This document shows, piece after piece, positions 22,001 to 31,980 of a stretch of DNA of 64,000 nt. Every line of letters starts with the position of its first letter. The first letter of the stretch is position 1. Location: contig NC_091283.1 of the NCBI RefSeq assembly GCF_032444005.1, positions 169,508,001 through 169,572,000 on the forward strand, written 5' to 3'. The stretch is from Ranitomeya imitator (lineage: Eukaryota). The position numbers were made by a program, and so were the translations under genes. Under the pieces are notes generated by a model that saw nothing but the letters and a program-made list of their open reading frames with translations, had not been told where the DNA came from and ran no database searches.

Positions 22001-25000
22001 GGACCTGCACAGCAATGATCCACTGCGGAGAGGAAGGAGAGACCTGCACAGCAATGATCCACTGCGGAGCGGAAGGAGGGACCTGCACAGCAATGATCCA
22101 CTGCGGAGAGGAAGGAGGGACCTGCACAGCAATGATCCACTGCGGAGAGGAAGGAGGGACCTGCACAGCAATGATCCACTGCGGAGAGGAAGGAGGGACC
22201 TGCAAAGCAATGATCCACTGCGGAGGGGAAGGAGGGACCTGAACAGCAATGATGCACTGCGGAGAGGAAGGAGGGACCTGCACAGCAATGATCCACTGCG
22301 GAGGGGAAGGGGGGACCTGCACAGCAATGATCCACTGTGGAGAGGAAGGGGGGACCTGAACAGCAATAATCCACTGCGGAGAGGAAGGAGGGACCTGCAC
22401 AGCAATGATCCACTGCGGAGGGGAAGGGGGGACCTGCACAGCAATGATCCACTGTGGAGAGGAAGGGGGGACCTGAACAGCAATAATCCACTGCGGAGAG
22501 GAAGGAGGGACCTGCACAGCAATGATCCACTGCGGAGGGGAAGGGGGGACCTGCACAGCAATGATCCACTGTGGAGAGGAAGGGGGGACCTGAACAGCAA
22601 TGATGCACTGCGGAGAGGAAGGGGGGACCTGAACAGCAATGATGCACTGCGGAGAGGAAGGGGGACCTGCACAGCAATGATCCACTGCGGAGAGGAAGGG
22701 GGACCTGCACAGCAATGATCCACTGCGGAGAGGAAGGGGTGACCTGCACAGCAATGATCCACTGCGGAGAGGAAGGGGGACCTGCACAGCAATGATCCAC
22801 TGCGGAGAGGAAGGGGAAATCTGCGATATGGGAAGGGCATCTCTAAACCAAACAACATTTGGTGGGACACCAGACCATCTTATATGCATTACGGACTCTG
22901 GTGGATGACATTGGGGGACAGATGGATTGTGCATTTAGTACTTTTAGGAATAAGCACATACTGTGGCCCATTCCTCTCTTCCCCCCCAAAGGCCTGAAGA
23001 CGCAGTTGGGGGCACAGCCAAGAGGACGCTCTGCTCTCCTGACAGTGTGCTTGTCTCCACTTGCTACATAACAATGGGGCATGGCTTCTTGCTGCCAGCG
23101 TGGGAGGCTGTCTATTTTACAAATTGAAGTATAGGTGCAGGGGACAAAGAGCCTAAGGCCAAATTCAGACATCCATACAGTTGTGTGAAAAGGTGTTTGC
23201 CCCCTTCCTGACTTTCTATTATTTTGCCTGCTTGTCACACTTAAATGTTTCAGATCATTAAACAAATGGAAATATTAGGCAAAGATAACACAAGTAATCA
23301 CAAAATGCAGTTTATAAATTAAGGTCTTTATTAATAAGGGGAAACATAAATCCAAACTTCCAGGGCCCTGTGTGAGAAAGTGATTGCCCCCTAATCCCAA
23401 TAACTGGTTGGGCCACCCTTAGCAGCAACAACTGCAATCAAGCGTTTGTGATAACTGGCAGGGAGTCTTTTACAATGCTCTGGAGGAATTTTGGCCACTC
23501 ATCTCTGCAGAATTGTTGTAATTCAGCCACATTGGAGGCTTTCCGAGCATTAACCGCCTTTTTAAGGTCATTCCACAGAATCTCAATTGGATTAAGGTCA
23601 GGACTTTGCCTAGGCCACTCCAAAGTCTTAATTTTGTTTTCTTATGCCATTCAGAGGTGGACTTGCTGGTGTGTTTTGGATCATTGTCCTGTTGCTTAAC
23701 CCAAGTGCACTTCGGCTTGAGGTCATGAACAGATGGCCGGACATTCTCCTTCAGGACTTTTTGACAGACAACAGAATTCATGGTTCCATTTACCCAAAAA
23801 AGTTTTTCAGGTCTTGAAGCAGAAAAACAGCCCTAGACCATCACATTACCACCACCATAGTTTACTGTTGGTATGATGTTCCTTTTCTGAAGTGCTGTGT
23901 TACTTGTACACCAGATGTAATGGGACATACACCTTCTAAAGAGTTCAACTTTTGTTTCGTCAGTCCACAGAGTATTTTCTCAAACGTCTTAGGGATCATC
24001 AAGAGGTTTTCTGGCAAATCAGAGATGAACCTTTATGTTCCTTTATGAACCTTATTGCTCAACAGTGGTTTTCTTCTTGGAACTCTGTCATGCAGGCCAT
24101 TTTTTGCCCAGTCTCTTTTTTTAAGCCTGTTTCACATGTATTGATATTTCCAGTACCGTAAAAAAAAAACAGTATCATAGATATCCGTAATACTTGTGGC
24201 ATACATGTGGCAACAGCGTGCCGCATCAGTAGCACACATACCAGCACCAGGAAAGCAGCAGTACAGTTAGCGCTGTTCCCCTGAACTGAAGACCGCTCGC
24301 ATCATTCTCCCCCGCTCTGCCGGCAATCAGGGGTGAATGATGAGAGTTATATTCAAATGATAACAGTGAGAGCAGGTGGTGGCTGATGGGAGTATTCATC
24401 AGCCGCCGACTGCGTTATAAATAAAACGGTGTGGGTTCCCCTGTATTTTTGACAACCAGCCAGGCAAAACTGACAGCTGCGGGCTGCAATGCTGAGCTGT
24501 CAGCTTCAGCAAGGCTGGTTATCAAGCATAAAGGGGTCTGCACTCTGTTTTTTTTTTAAATTATTTATATAAATAATAAAAAAAACCAGCATGATGACCT
24601 CTCTATTCTTGATAACCAGCCTTGCTGACAGCTGAGGGTTGCAGCCTGCAGCTGTCAGTTTTGCCTGGCTGGTTATCAAAAATACAGGGGAACCCATGAC
24701 GGTTTTTATTTATTTATAGCGAAGGCAGCGGCTGATGAATACTCCCATCAGCCATTGCCTGCTTTCACTGTTATTAGCTGCAGCAGGTGTAGGCTGATGG
24801 GAGTAGTAGTCCCATCAGCTGCCATCTGCTCTCACTTATCACTTGAATATAATGCTCAACATTTTCCCCTTCTCGTGCTGATCACCTGCAGAGCAGGGAG
24901 AATGATGAGAGCTGTCTTCAGCACCCGGGAACAGCGCTAACTGTACTGCTGCTTCCTAGGCGCCAGTGCGTGTCACACTGATGACACACGGATGTCATCC

Positions 25001-26980
25001 GCGTGCACGTGTGCGGGATGTTTTGCGGCCTGTGCTGCTGTTAAAAAACGGACATGTCAACGTATTTTTCCCGCGGACACACGGACTGTGGAAACACACT
25101 TTCATGTGCACAGACCAATGCACTTGAATGGGTCTACGTGTGTAAGTGTCTCCGGTACTTGTGAAAACTGTCATCACATGTACCGGACACACTGACGTCT
25201 GAAAAGAGGCGTCTGGTGGAGTCATGAACACTAACCTTAACTGAGGCGAGTGAGGTGGGCAGTTCTTTGGATGTTGTTGTGGGGTCTTTTGTAACCTCTT
25301 GGTTGAGTCTTTGCTGCGCTCTTGGGGTAATTTTGGTCGGCCGTCTACTCCTGGGAAGGTTCAACACTATTCCATGTCTTTGCCATTTGTTGGTAATGGC
25401 TCTCACTGTGGTTCACTGTAGTTCCAAAGCTTGAGAAATGGCTTTATAACCTTTTCCAGACTGATAGATATCAATTACTTTGTTTCTCATTTGTTCCAGA
25501 ATTTCTTAGGATAGTAGCATGATGTCTAGCTTTGGAGGATTTTTTGGTCTGCTTCCTTTTGTCAGGCAGGTCCTATTTAAGTGATTTCTTGATTGAGAAC
25601 AGGTGTGGCAGTAATCAGGCCTGCGAGTGGCTAGGAAATGTGAACTCAGCTTCCCAAGTCGTGATAAACCACAGTTAATATACGCTTTGGAGTTGGAAGG
25701 GGGGATAATCACTTTCTCATACAGGACCCTGTAGGTTTGGATTTCTTTTTTCCCTTAGTAATACAGACCTTCATTTCAAAACTGCATTTTGTGGTTATTT
25801 GTGTTATCTTTGTCTAATATTTAAATTTGTTTGGCGATCTGAAACATTTAAGTGTGACAAACATGTGGCATAGGAAAGCAAGAAGGGGGGAAATACTTTT
25901 TCACACATCCATATATAACAGACAGACCACAGGTCTACTGAAAGAGGAGAGCTGAAAGTGGAGCATCCCTTTAATAAAATGTCATAAATGTCTGTTAGAA
26001 ATGGGAATATGTTTTTAACAATTTTTGTTCCTCATTAAGATATCCCAGCCACCGGCATGTATTTCATGAGCTATGAATGGATGAAGGATAAGCTGGCACC
26101 AGACGGAGGCAGGTAAGCAGTGGTAAAGTAGATACCACAATGGCATATGGATGCCGGGTGGGAGAATGAGGGCAGTAGTACTATAATACAAAGTATGGAT
26201 GACTCTGTACTACACCCCTTACCATCCTGTTCTACCACAGCGCCCGTGACATCACTCCTGCACGGATTCTGCTGGCCGGAGGAGTGGCCGGTATGTGCAA
26301 CTGGGTCGTGGCCATTCCTGTGGATGTGCTCAAGTCACGTTTCCAGACAGGTGAATAGAGAAATTAATTATTTTGTGTCCTCTCTGGGTGGTGTCTGATT
26401 CTGTATGAGGGGTTCCCACCATGGAGGACTCTAGCCATTCACCTGGATGACCAAGATGTAACACCACATTTCCCCTGTAGTGGCCACGGCAGGGTAACTG
26501 CCTGGGCAGCCATGGCTTCCCCGGGACGATCAGTTGATTGGGGATGTGATCGCCCAGTCATTGACGAGGTGACATTGGCTCTAGCTAATGCATTTTACCG
26601 TCTTATTCCAGCTCCTGACAGCCGGTACAGGGGTGTCCTGGATGTTTTCAGGGAAGTCTTGCGAGATGAGGGACCCCGAGGACTGTATAAGGGGTTCACA
26701 GCGGCCATGTTACGAGCCTTCCCAGCCAATGCGGTGAGTGCAGGATCTGAAAGATACAACCACATCTCTTAATGCATCCAGTCCTGAAGCTCTGGGATTA
26801 TATTAGTGAACCCGGCAGCTCTGGATGAACACAGATAAAATAAGCAACACTACAGTCTATGAGGACAACACATGGAGATTTCCTGCTCAGTTTATCTTGG
26901 TTATTTTTAACTTTCAGGCTTGTTTTCTTGGATTTGAGGCTTCTATGAAGTTCTTACACTGGACGATACCAGAAGTGTGA
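13034..26980 (+). CDS. Mitochondrial carnitine/acylcarnitine carrier-like protein (SLC25A20 paralogue), 9 exons, 302 aa
   Basis: Exons: 13034-13144, 15760-15852, 20229-20356, 20641-20731, 20871-20988, 26040-26112, 26241-26350, 26612-26733, 26918-26980 (909 nt, GT-AG, no stops). Three SLC25 signatures PMDTVK, PAERIK, PVDVLK; CAC-type segments [53 protein letters not shown]. Divergence from human SLC25A20 looks too high for the true orthologue, so no symbol is given. Confidence 0.93.
13915..15450. mobile_element. Fold-back Tc1 (DD34E) derivative made of two inverted 3' halves
   Basis: TA-flanked ends CAGGTGCATCTCACAA...TTGTGAGATGCACCTG. Arms 13915-14665 and 14729-15450 are inverted copies that each carry the transposase C-terminus (SVMVWG...QQDLAPVH). 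Confidence 0.88.
17064..18274. repeat. 27-bp minisatellite (~45 units)
   Basis: Unit GGTGCAGGATACACAGGGAGACACAGG (9-aa periodicity in the ORF track); carrier intron 2. Confidence 0.95.
19264..20080. repeat. 18-bp minisatellite (~45 units)
   Basis: Unit CCCCGATGTATGGCCGCT with variants; ends ~150 bp before carrier exon 3. Confidence 0.95.
21462..22815. repeat. 39-bp minisatellite (~35 units)
   Basis: Unit GCGGAGAGGAAGGAGGGACCTGCACAGCAATGATCCACT; carrier intron 5. Confidence 0.95.
23178..25910 (-). mobile_element. Decayed Tc1 (DD34E) transposon interrupted by a MITE
   Basis: TA then CAGTTGTGTGAAAAGG end. Minus-strand transposase fragments ([38 protein letters not shown]); right end degenerate. 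Confidence 0.8.
24121..25212. mobile_element. ~1.1-kb Harbinger-type MITE nested in the Tc1 element
   Basis: Splits the Tc1 sequence GCCCAGTCTC...GGTGGAGTCATG. Imperfect TIR (GCCTGTTTCACATGT vs ACGTCTGAAAAGAGGC); strong internal palindrome around 24430-24700. Confidence 0.65.
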
Positions 26981-27011
26981 CCCCTGAATCCTGTCAAAAC
27001 TGTGCAGCACT

Positions 27012-28068
27012 CCAAGACCAGAGCGCTATGTGTATATGTCACCGCAAGACCAGAGCGCTATGTGTATATGTCACCACAAGACCAGAGCGCTATTTGTATA
27101 TGTCACTGCAAGACCAGAGCGCTATGTGTATATGTCACTGCAAGACCAGAGCGCTATGTGTATATGTCACTGCAAGACCAGAGCGCTATGTGTATATGTC
27201 ACTGCAAGACCAGAGCGCTATGTGTATATGTCACCGCAAGACCAGAGCGCTATGTGCATATGTCACCGCAAGACCAGAGCGCTATGTGTATATGTCACCG
27301 CAAGACCAGAGCGCTATGTGTATATGTCACCGCAAGACCAGAGCGCTATGTGTATATGTCACCGCAAGACCAGAGCGCTATGTGTATATGTCACCGCAAG
27401 ACCAGAGCGCTATGTGCATATGTCACCGCAAGACCAGAGTGCTACGTGCATACATCACCCCAAGACCAGAGCATTATGTGCGTGCATACATCACCCCAAG
27501 ACCAGAGCGCTTTGTGTGTGCATACATCACCCCAGGACCAGAGCGCTACTTGTATACATCACCCCAAGACCAGAGCGCTACGTGCATACATCACCCCAAG
27601 ACCAGAGCGCTACGTGCATACATCACCCCAGGACCAGAGCATTATGTGCATACATCACCCCAAGACCAGAGCATTATGTGCATACATCACCCCAAGACCA
27701 GAGCATTATGTGCGTGCATCACCCCAAGACCAGAGCATTATGTGCATGCATACATCACCCCAAGACTAGAGCGCTACGTGCATACATCACCCCAAGACCA
27801 GAGCGCTTTGTGTGTGCATACATCACCCCAGGACCAGAGCGCTACTTGTATACATCACCCCAAGACCAGAGCGCTACGTGCATACATCACCCCAAGACCA
27901 GAGCGCTACGTGCATACATCACCCCAAGACCAGAGCATTATGTGCGTGCATACATCACCCCAGGACCAGAGCGCTACGTGCATACATCACCCCAGGACCA
28001 GAGCATTATATGCGTGCATCACCCCAAGACCAGAGCATTATGTGCGTGCATCACCCCAAGACCAGAGC
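27012..28068. repeat. 32-bp minisatellite in the predicted carrier 3'UTR (two sub-arrays)
   Basis: CCAGAGCGCTATGTGTATATGTCACCGCAAGA units to ~27435, then CCAGAGCGCTACGTGCATACATCACCCCAAGA and 36-bp variants. Confidence 0.95.
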
Positions 28069-28110
28069 TTCCAGTGATGACTCTTAATAATTTTTTTACC
28101 CCCTGCTGCC

Positions 28111-28332
28111 TCTCCTCCAGACTGCCCAGGTGTTCTCGGCAGGGATGCTGGCAGCACTGTGCGCCCCCATAATCAGACTACCTACTAAATGGATCAAGTA
28201 CACAGGTCCTGTGGGTCCTGATCCTACATCAGTGGTGTGCAAGATGTCAGGGTATGCTGGGACTTGTAGTTATCCAACAGATGGCACAGCACTGAGCTAC
28301 ACTGGGTGATTCCAGAAGTGTGACCCCTGAAA
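28111..28332 (+). pseudogene. Decayed duplicate of carrier exon 4/intron 4 fused to the end of exon 9
   Basis: CCAGGTGTTCTCGGCAGGGATGCTGGCAG...GGGTCCTGATCCTAC...TTGTAGTT matches 20647-20840; CCAGAAGTGTGACCCCTGAA matches 26969-26988. Confidence 0.85.
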
Positions 28333-28405
28333 CTAGCAAAAATGTTCTTCTCCCCAGGACCAGAGCTCTATGTACATGAGGATCATTATAAATGAGTGAC
28401 TTTCT

Positions 28406-28411
28406 AATAAA
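28406..28411 (+). terminator. Candidate polyadenylation signal of the carrier gene
   Basis: First AATAAA I found downstream of the stop at 26980. Confidence 0.45.
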
Positions 28412-28821
28412 TGGTGCAGTTGTCTCCCTGTGCCGTATTCAGGCCGGTGCAGGGAGGACATCTCCGGGATCACCTCTGGCTTCTTCTCTGGTAGGGCATT
28501 AGATCCTGCACAGCACGGGTCAGGGTGTCGGCCCTGCACACGATCAATACACCTGGTGGATAGAAACAGAGTACAGAGTATTACGGTAGCAGCAACGCGG
28601 ATACGATCTCATCTAAAGCACGTGGTGCACACAGCACGTCAATTCTGCAGCAAAATTCATGACAAACCCTTGGAGGAATTTTGCAAAAAATGTGAACGCA
28701 GCCTAAAGTAGCGATCAGACAGGTGTATTTCACGGTCTATATACGGCCTACAATGTCTGGTCTCCCGGGTTCCAACCCAAACTTACAGCATCATATGTCT
28801 ATTAGGCTGTGTGTTTGAGTC

Positions 28822-30244
28822 ACGTCTGGGCACAGCGGAAGGCGTATGGACCGTCTGGGCACCGTGGGAGGCGTATGGACCGTCTGGGTACCGTGGGAGG
28901 TGTATGGACCGTCTGGGCACCGCGGGAGGCGTATGGACTGTCTGGGTACCGTGGGAGGTGTATGGACCGTCTGGGTACCGTGGGAGGCGTATGGACCGTC
29001 TGGGCACCGCGGGCCGCGTATTGACGTCTGGACACCGTGGGAGGCATATGGACCGTCTGGGCACCGCTCGCTGTGTATGGACCGACTGGGCACCGCGGGC
29101 CGTGTATGGACCGTCTGGGCACCGCGCGCTGTGTATGGACCGTCTGGGCACCGCGCGCTGTGTATGGACCGTCTGGGCACCGCGCGCTGTGTATGCACCG
29201 TCTGGGCACCGCGTGCTGTGTATGGACCGTCTGGGCACCGCGGGCCGTGTATGGACCGTCTGGGCACTGCGGGCCGTGTATGGACCGTCTGGGCTCCGCG
29301 CGCTGTGTATGGACCGTCTGGGCACCGCGCGCTGTGTATGCACCGTCTGGGCACCGCGTGCCGTGTATGGACCGACTGGGCACAGCGGGCCGTGTATGGA
29401 CCGTCTGGGCACCGCGGGCCGTGTATGGACCGTCTGGGCACCGCGCGCTGTGTATGGACCGACTGGGCACCGCGCGCCGTGTATGGACCGTCTGGGCACC
29501 GCGCGCCGTGTATGGACCGACTGGGCACCGCGGGCCGTGTATGGACCGTCTGGGCACCGCGGGCCGTGTATGGACCGACTGGGCAACGCGGGCCGTGTAT
29601 GGACCGACTGGGCACAGCGGGCCGTGTATGGACCGTCTGGGCACCGCGGGCCGTGTATGGACCGTCTGGGCACCGCGGGCCGTGTATGGACCATCTGGGC
29701 ACCGCGCGCCGTGTATGGACCGACTGGGCACCGCGCGCCGTGTATGGACCGTCTGGGCACCGCGCGCCGTGTATGGACCGACTGGGCACCGCGGGCCGTG
29801 TATGGACCGTCTGGGCACCGCGGGCCGTGTATGGACCGACTGGGCACAGCGGGCTGTGTATGGACCGTCTGGGCACCGCGGGCTGTGTATGGACCGACTG
29901 GGCACAGCGGGCTGTGTATGGACCGTCTGGGCACCGCGCGCTGTGTATGGACCGTCTGGGCACCGCGCGCTGTGTATGGACCGTCTGGGCACCGCGGGCC
30001 GTGTATGGACCGACTGGGCACAGCGGGCTGTGTATGGACCGTCTGGGCACCGCGGGCTGTGTATGGACCGTCTGGGCACCGCGGGCTGTGTATGGACCGA
30101 CTGGGCACAGCGGGCTGTGTATGGACCGTCTGGGCACCGCGCGCTGTGTATGGACCGTCTGGGCACCGCGCGCTGTGTATGGACCGTCTGGGCACCGCGG
30201 GCCGTGTATGGACCGACTGGGCACAGCGGGCTGTGTATGGACCG
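28822..30244. repeat. 29-bp CpG-rich minisatellite (~49 units)
   Basis: Unit GGACCGTCTGGGCACCGCGGGCCGTGTAT; a variant with GGGAGGCGTAT occupies the 5' end. Confidence 0.95.
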
Positions 30245-30699
30245 TGAACACATTCGTCTGAACGTGGCCTAAGGCTCCAAGTTGTGGCAGAAGCGCACTT
30301 ATGCTGTGCACATAGATGACAGACATTACTCGCGCTCTGCGCCTCGTATAGCAGCACATAATACACAATATGTCGCCCCATTGGGGTTTCTTGCTCATCA
30401 GCTCCAGGGGCAGCAGATCTCTGGTGCCCGCAATGACCGGCAGTCCTATGGATAGTTGTGAGTATACAGAGGACACATACATGGCCGCCCACCCATGTAC
30501 ACACTTGCCATAGGGGGGCTGTGGCGTCAGGAACCCCAATAACTGCGTCTATGAAAGGACCCCTCTTCTGCTCCACAGATGCTCTTCTGCTCGCTTTCCT
30601 ACGATGTTATCATACATGCCCCCATAGCATTAATGGTACATTGCAGCAACCCCTCAGCTGTGCTTCCAGCATGTAACCGTACAGTGCTCCCAATCACTG

Positions 30700-31150
30700 A
30701 CAGCAAGCAGGGGTACTGCCGCAGCCTTACCAGGAGGCCGCCATGCTGGGGCTCCCTCTAGTGAGCAGTGACGAGGCTGCAGGCAGACACAAGAAACTAG
30801 TGCACGACTCGTGTGAATGAAGCCCCCCGTCCGCGCAGGTGAGTGGGCTCCCAGCCAAGATGGCGGCCCCCAGGACGTGCACACCCCGGACCCCCGCACT
30901 GCCCAGCCCCGGCCTTGTCACCGCACGGGGGAAAGCCGGAGGTCAGCTCCCGAGAGTGGCAGGTCGGACTAGGCCGAAGCCTCGGACTTTCCTAAGGAGC
31001 CTCCCCGGAGATGATGGAGGGCAGGCGGGGGAGCTGCAGTGAGCCGGTGCTCGGTAATGAAGGACAGATGTGGGCACGTAGTGAGTGCACAGCCCGTGTG
31101 CTGGGCCGCGCCGCCCTGCGCCGCCGCGGTGTACACAGCACTAGCGATCA
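30700..31150 (+). promoter_or_regulatory. Probable TAFAZZIN CpG-island promoter / non-coding first exon
   Basis: GC- and CpG-rich; perfect YY1 consensus CAAGATGGCGGC at 30856-30867; candidate donors CAG|GTGAGT (30838/9) and GCA|GTGAGC (~31038). The coding exon has a good acceptor ending at 31956, implying an upstream non-coding exon. Confidence 0.6.
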
Positions 31151-31665
31151 TGTCCCATCCGGGCACAGATGGGAGCCATATTTAAAGGGGAATGTCACCT
31201 CTGGGGATAGGGGTTTTTTGTTTGTTACTTAAATGCATTTATTTGGGGCTGTAGATAATTTTAGCAGTTGGGTTTAAATAAACAGTTTGCACCGTTTTGT
31301 TCTATAGCCTCGTGTCATCCATTGTTTGCTACAGAATGGGCTAACTGAGGTCCCGGCAGTGAGCTCGCTATGGCGTCCTGACGGGAGTTTGTACCTGTCT
31401 TTATCTCAGCTGACTGATGACCTCAGACAACATGAAAGCACGAAAAAGCCAAGCGGAGCCAAATGCTTCATGAAACAGAATTGCAAAAATGATTCACAGC
31501 CCCAAGGTCATGCATTTAAGAAAAAACCAATGCAATACATAATAACACTGCAGCCTCCTATGGAGCGCGGCCCCTTGTTGGGCTTCACAGCACTGGCCGC
31601 TCAGAAGACTGGGTAGCCGTGTACCTGACTTGGTGGCCATTTTGATAATCCGGTGTACTGTAGGG

Positions 31666-31852
31666 CAGGGGTGTCAAACTGCATTCCTCGAGGGCTGCAC
31701 ACAGGTCATGTTTTCAGGATTTCCTTGTACTGCACAGGTGATAATTTAATCACCTACACAAATGGTGATTAAATTATCACCTGTACAGTACAAGGAAATC
31801 CTGAAAACATGACCTGTTTGCAGCCCTCGAGGAATGCAGTTTGACACCCCTG
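31666..31852. mobile_element. hAT-type palindromic MITE
   Basis: CAGGGGTGTCAAAC...GTTTGACACCCCTG; TSD CTGTAGGG/CTGTAGAG (7/8); inner arms shared with the 672-833 MITE. Confidence 0.85.
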
Positions 31853-31980
31853 CTGTAGAGGTTGACGGTGATTTAATCTCTGTATTCCGGATTATCGGAC
31901 CTTTGTGCAGCCGTCCGTGTCTCTCTAACGTCTTCTCTCTGGTGTCGCTGTCACAGATCTCTGCTGACGTATGGTGAAGG

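Noticed and set aside
16920-22934. Long repetitive ORFs ([32 protein letters not shown]) resembling filaggrin- or mucin-like proteins
   Set aside because: Each coincides exactly with a minisatellite, is open in several frames on both strands, and lies inside carrier introns.
13034-26980. Calling the carrier SLC25A20 itself or SLC25A29/45
   Set aside because: Motifs and exon sizes are CAC-type, not 29/45-type, but divergence and location argue against the true orthologue; a phylogeny is needed.
26977-30576. 255-597 aa ORFs downstream of the carrier
   Set aside because: Products of the 32-bp and 29-bp arrays.
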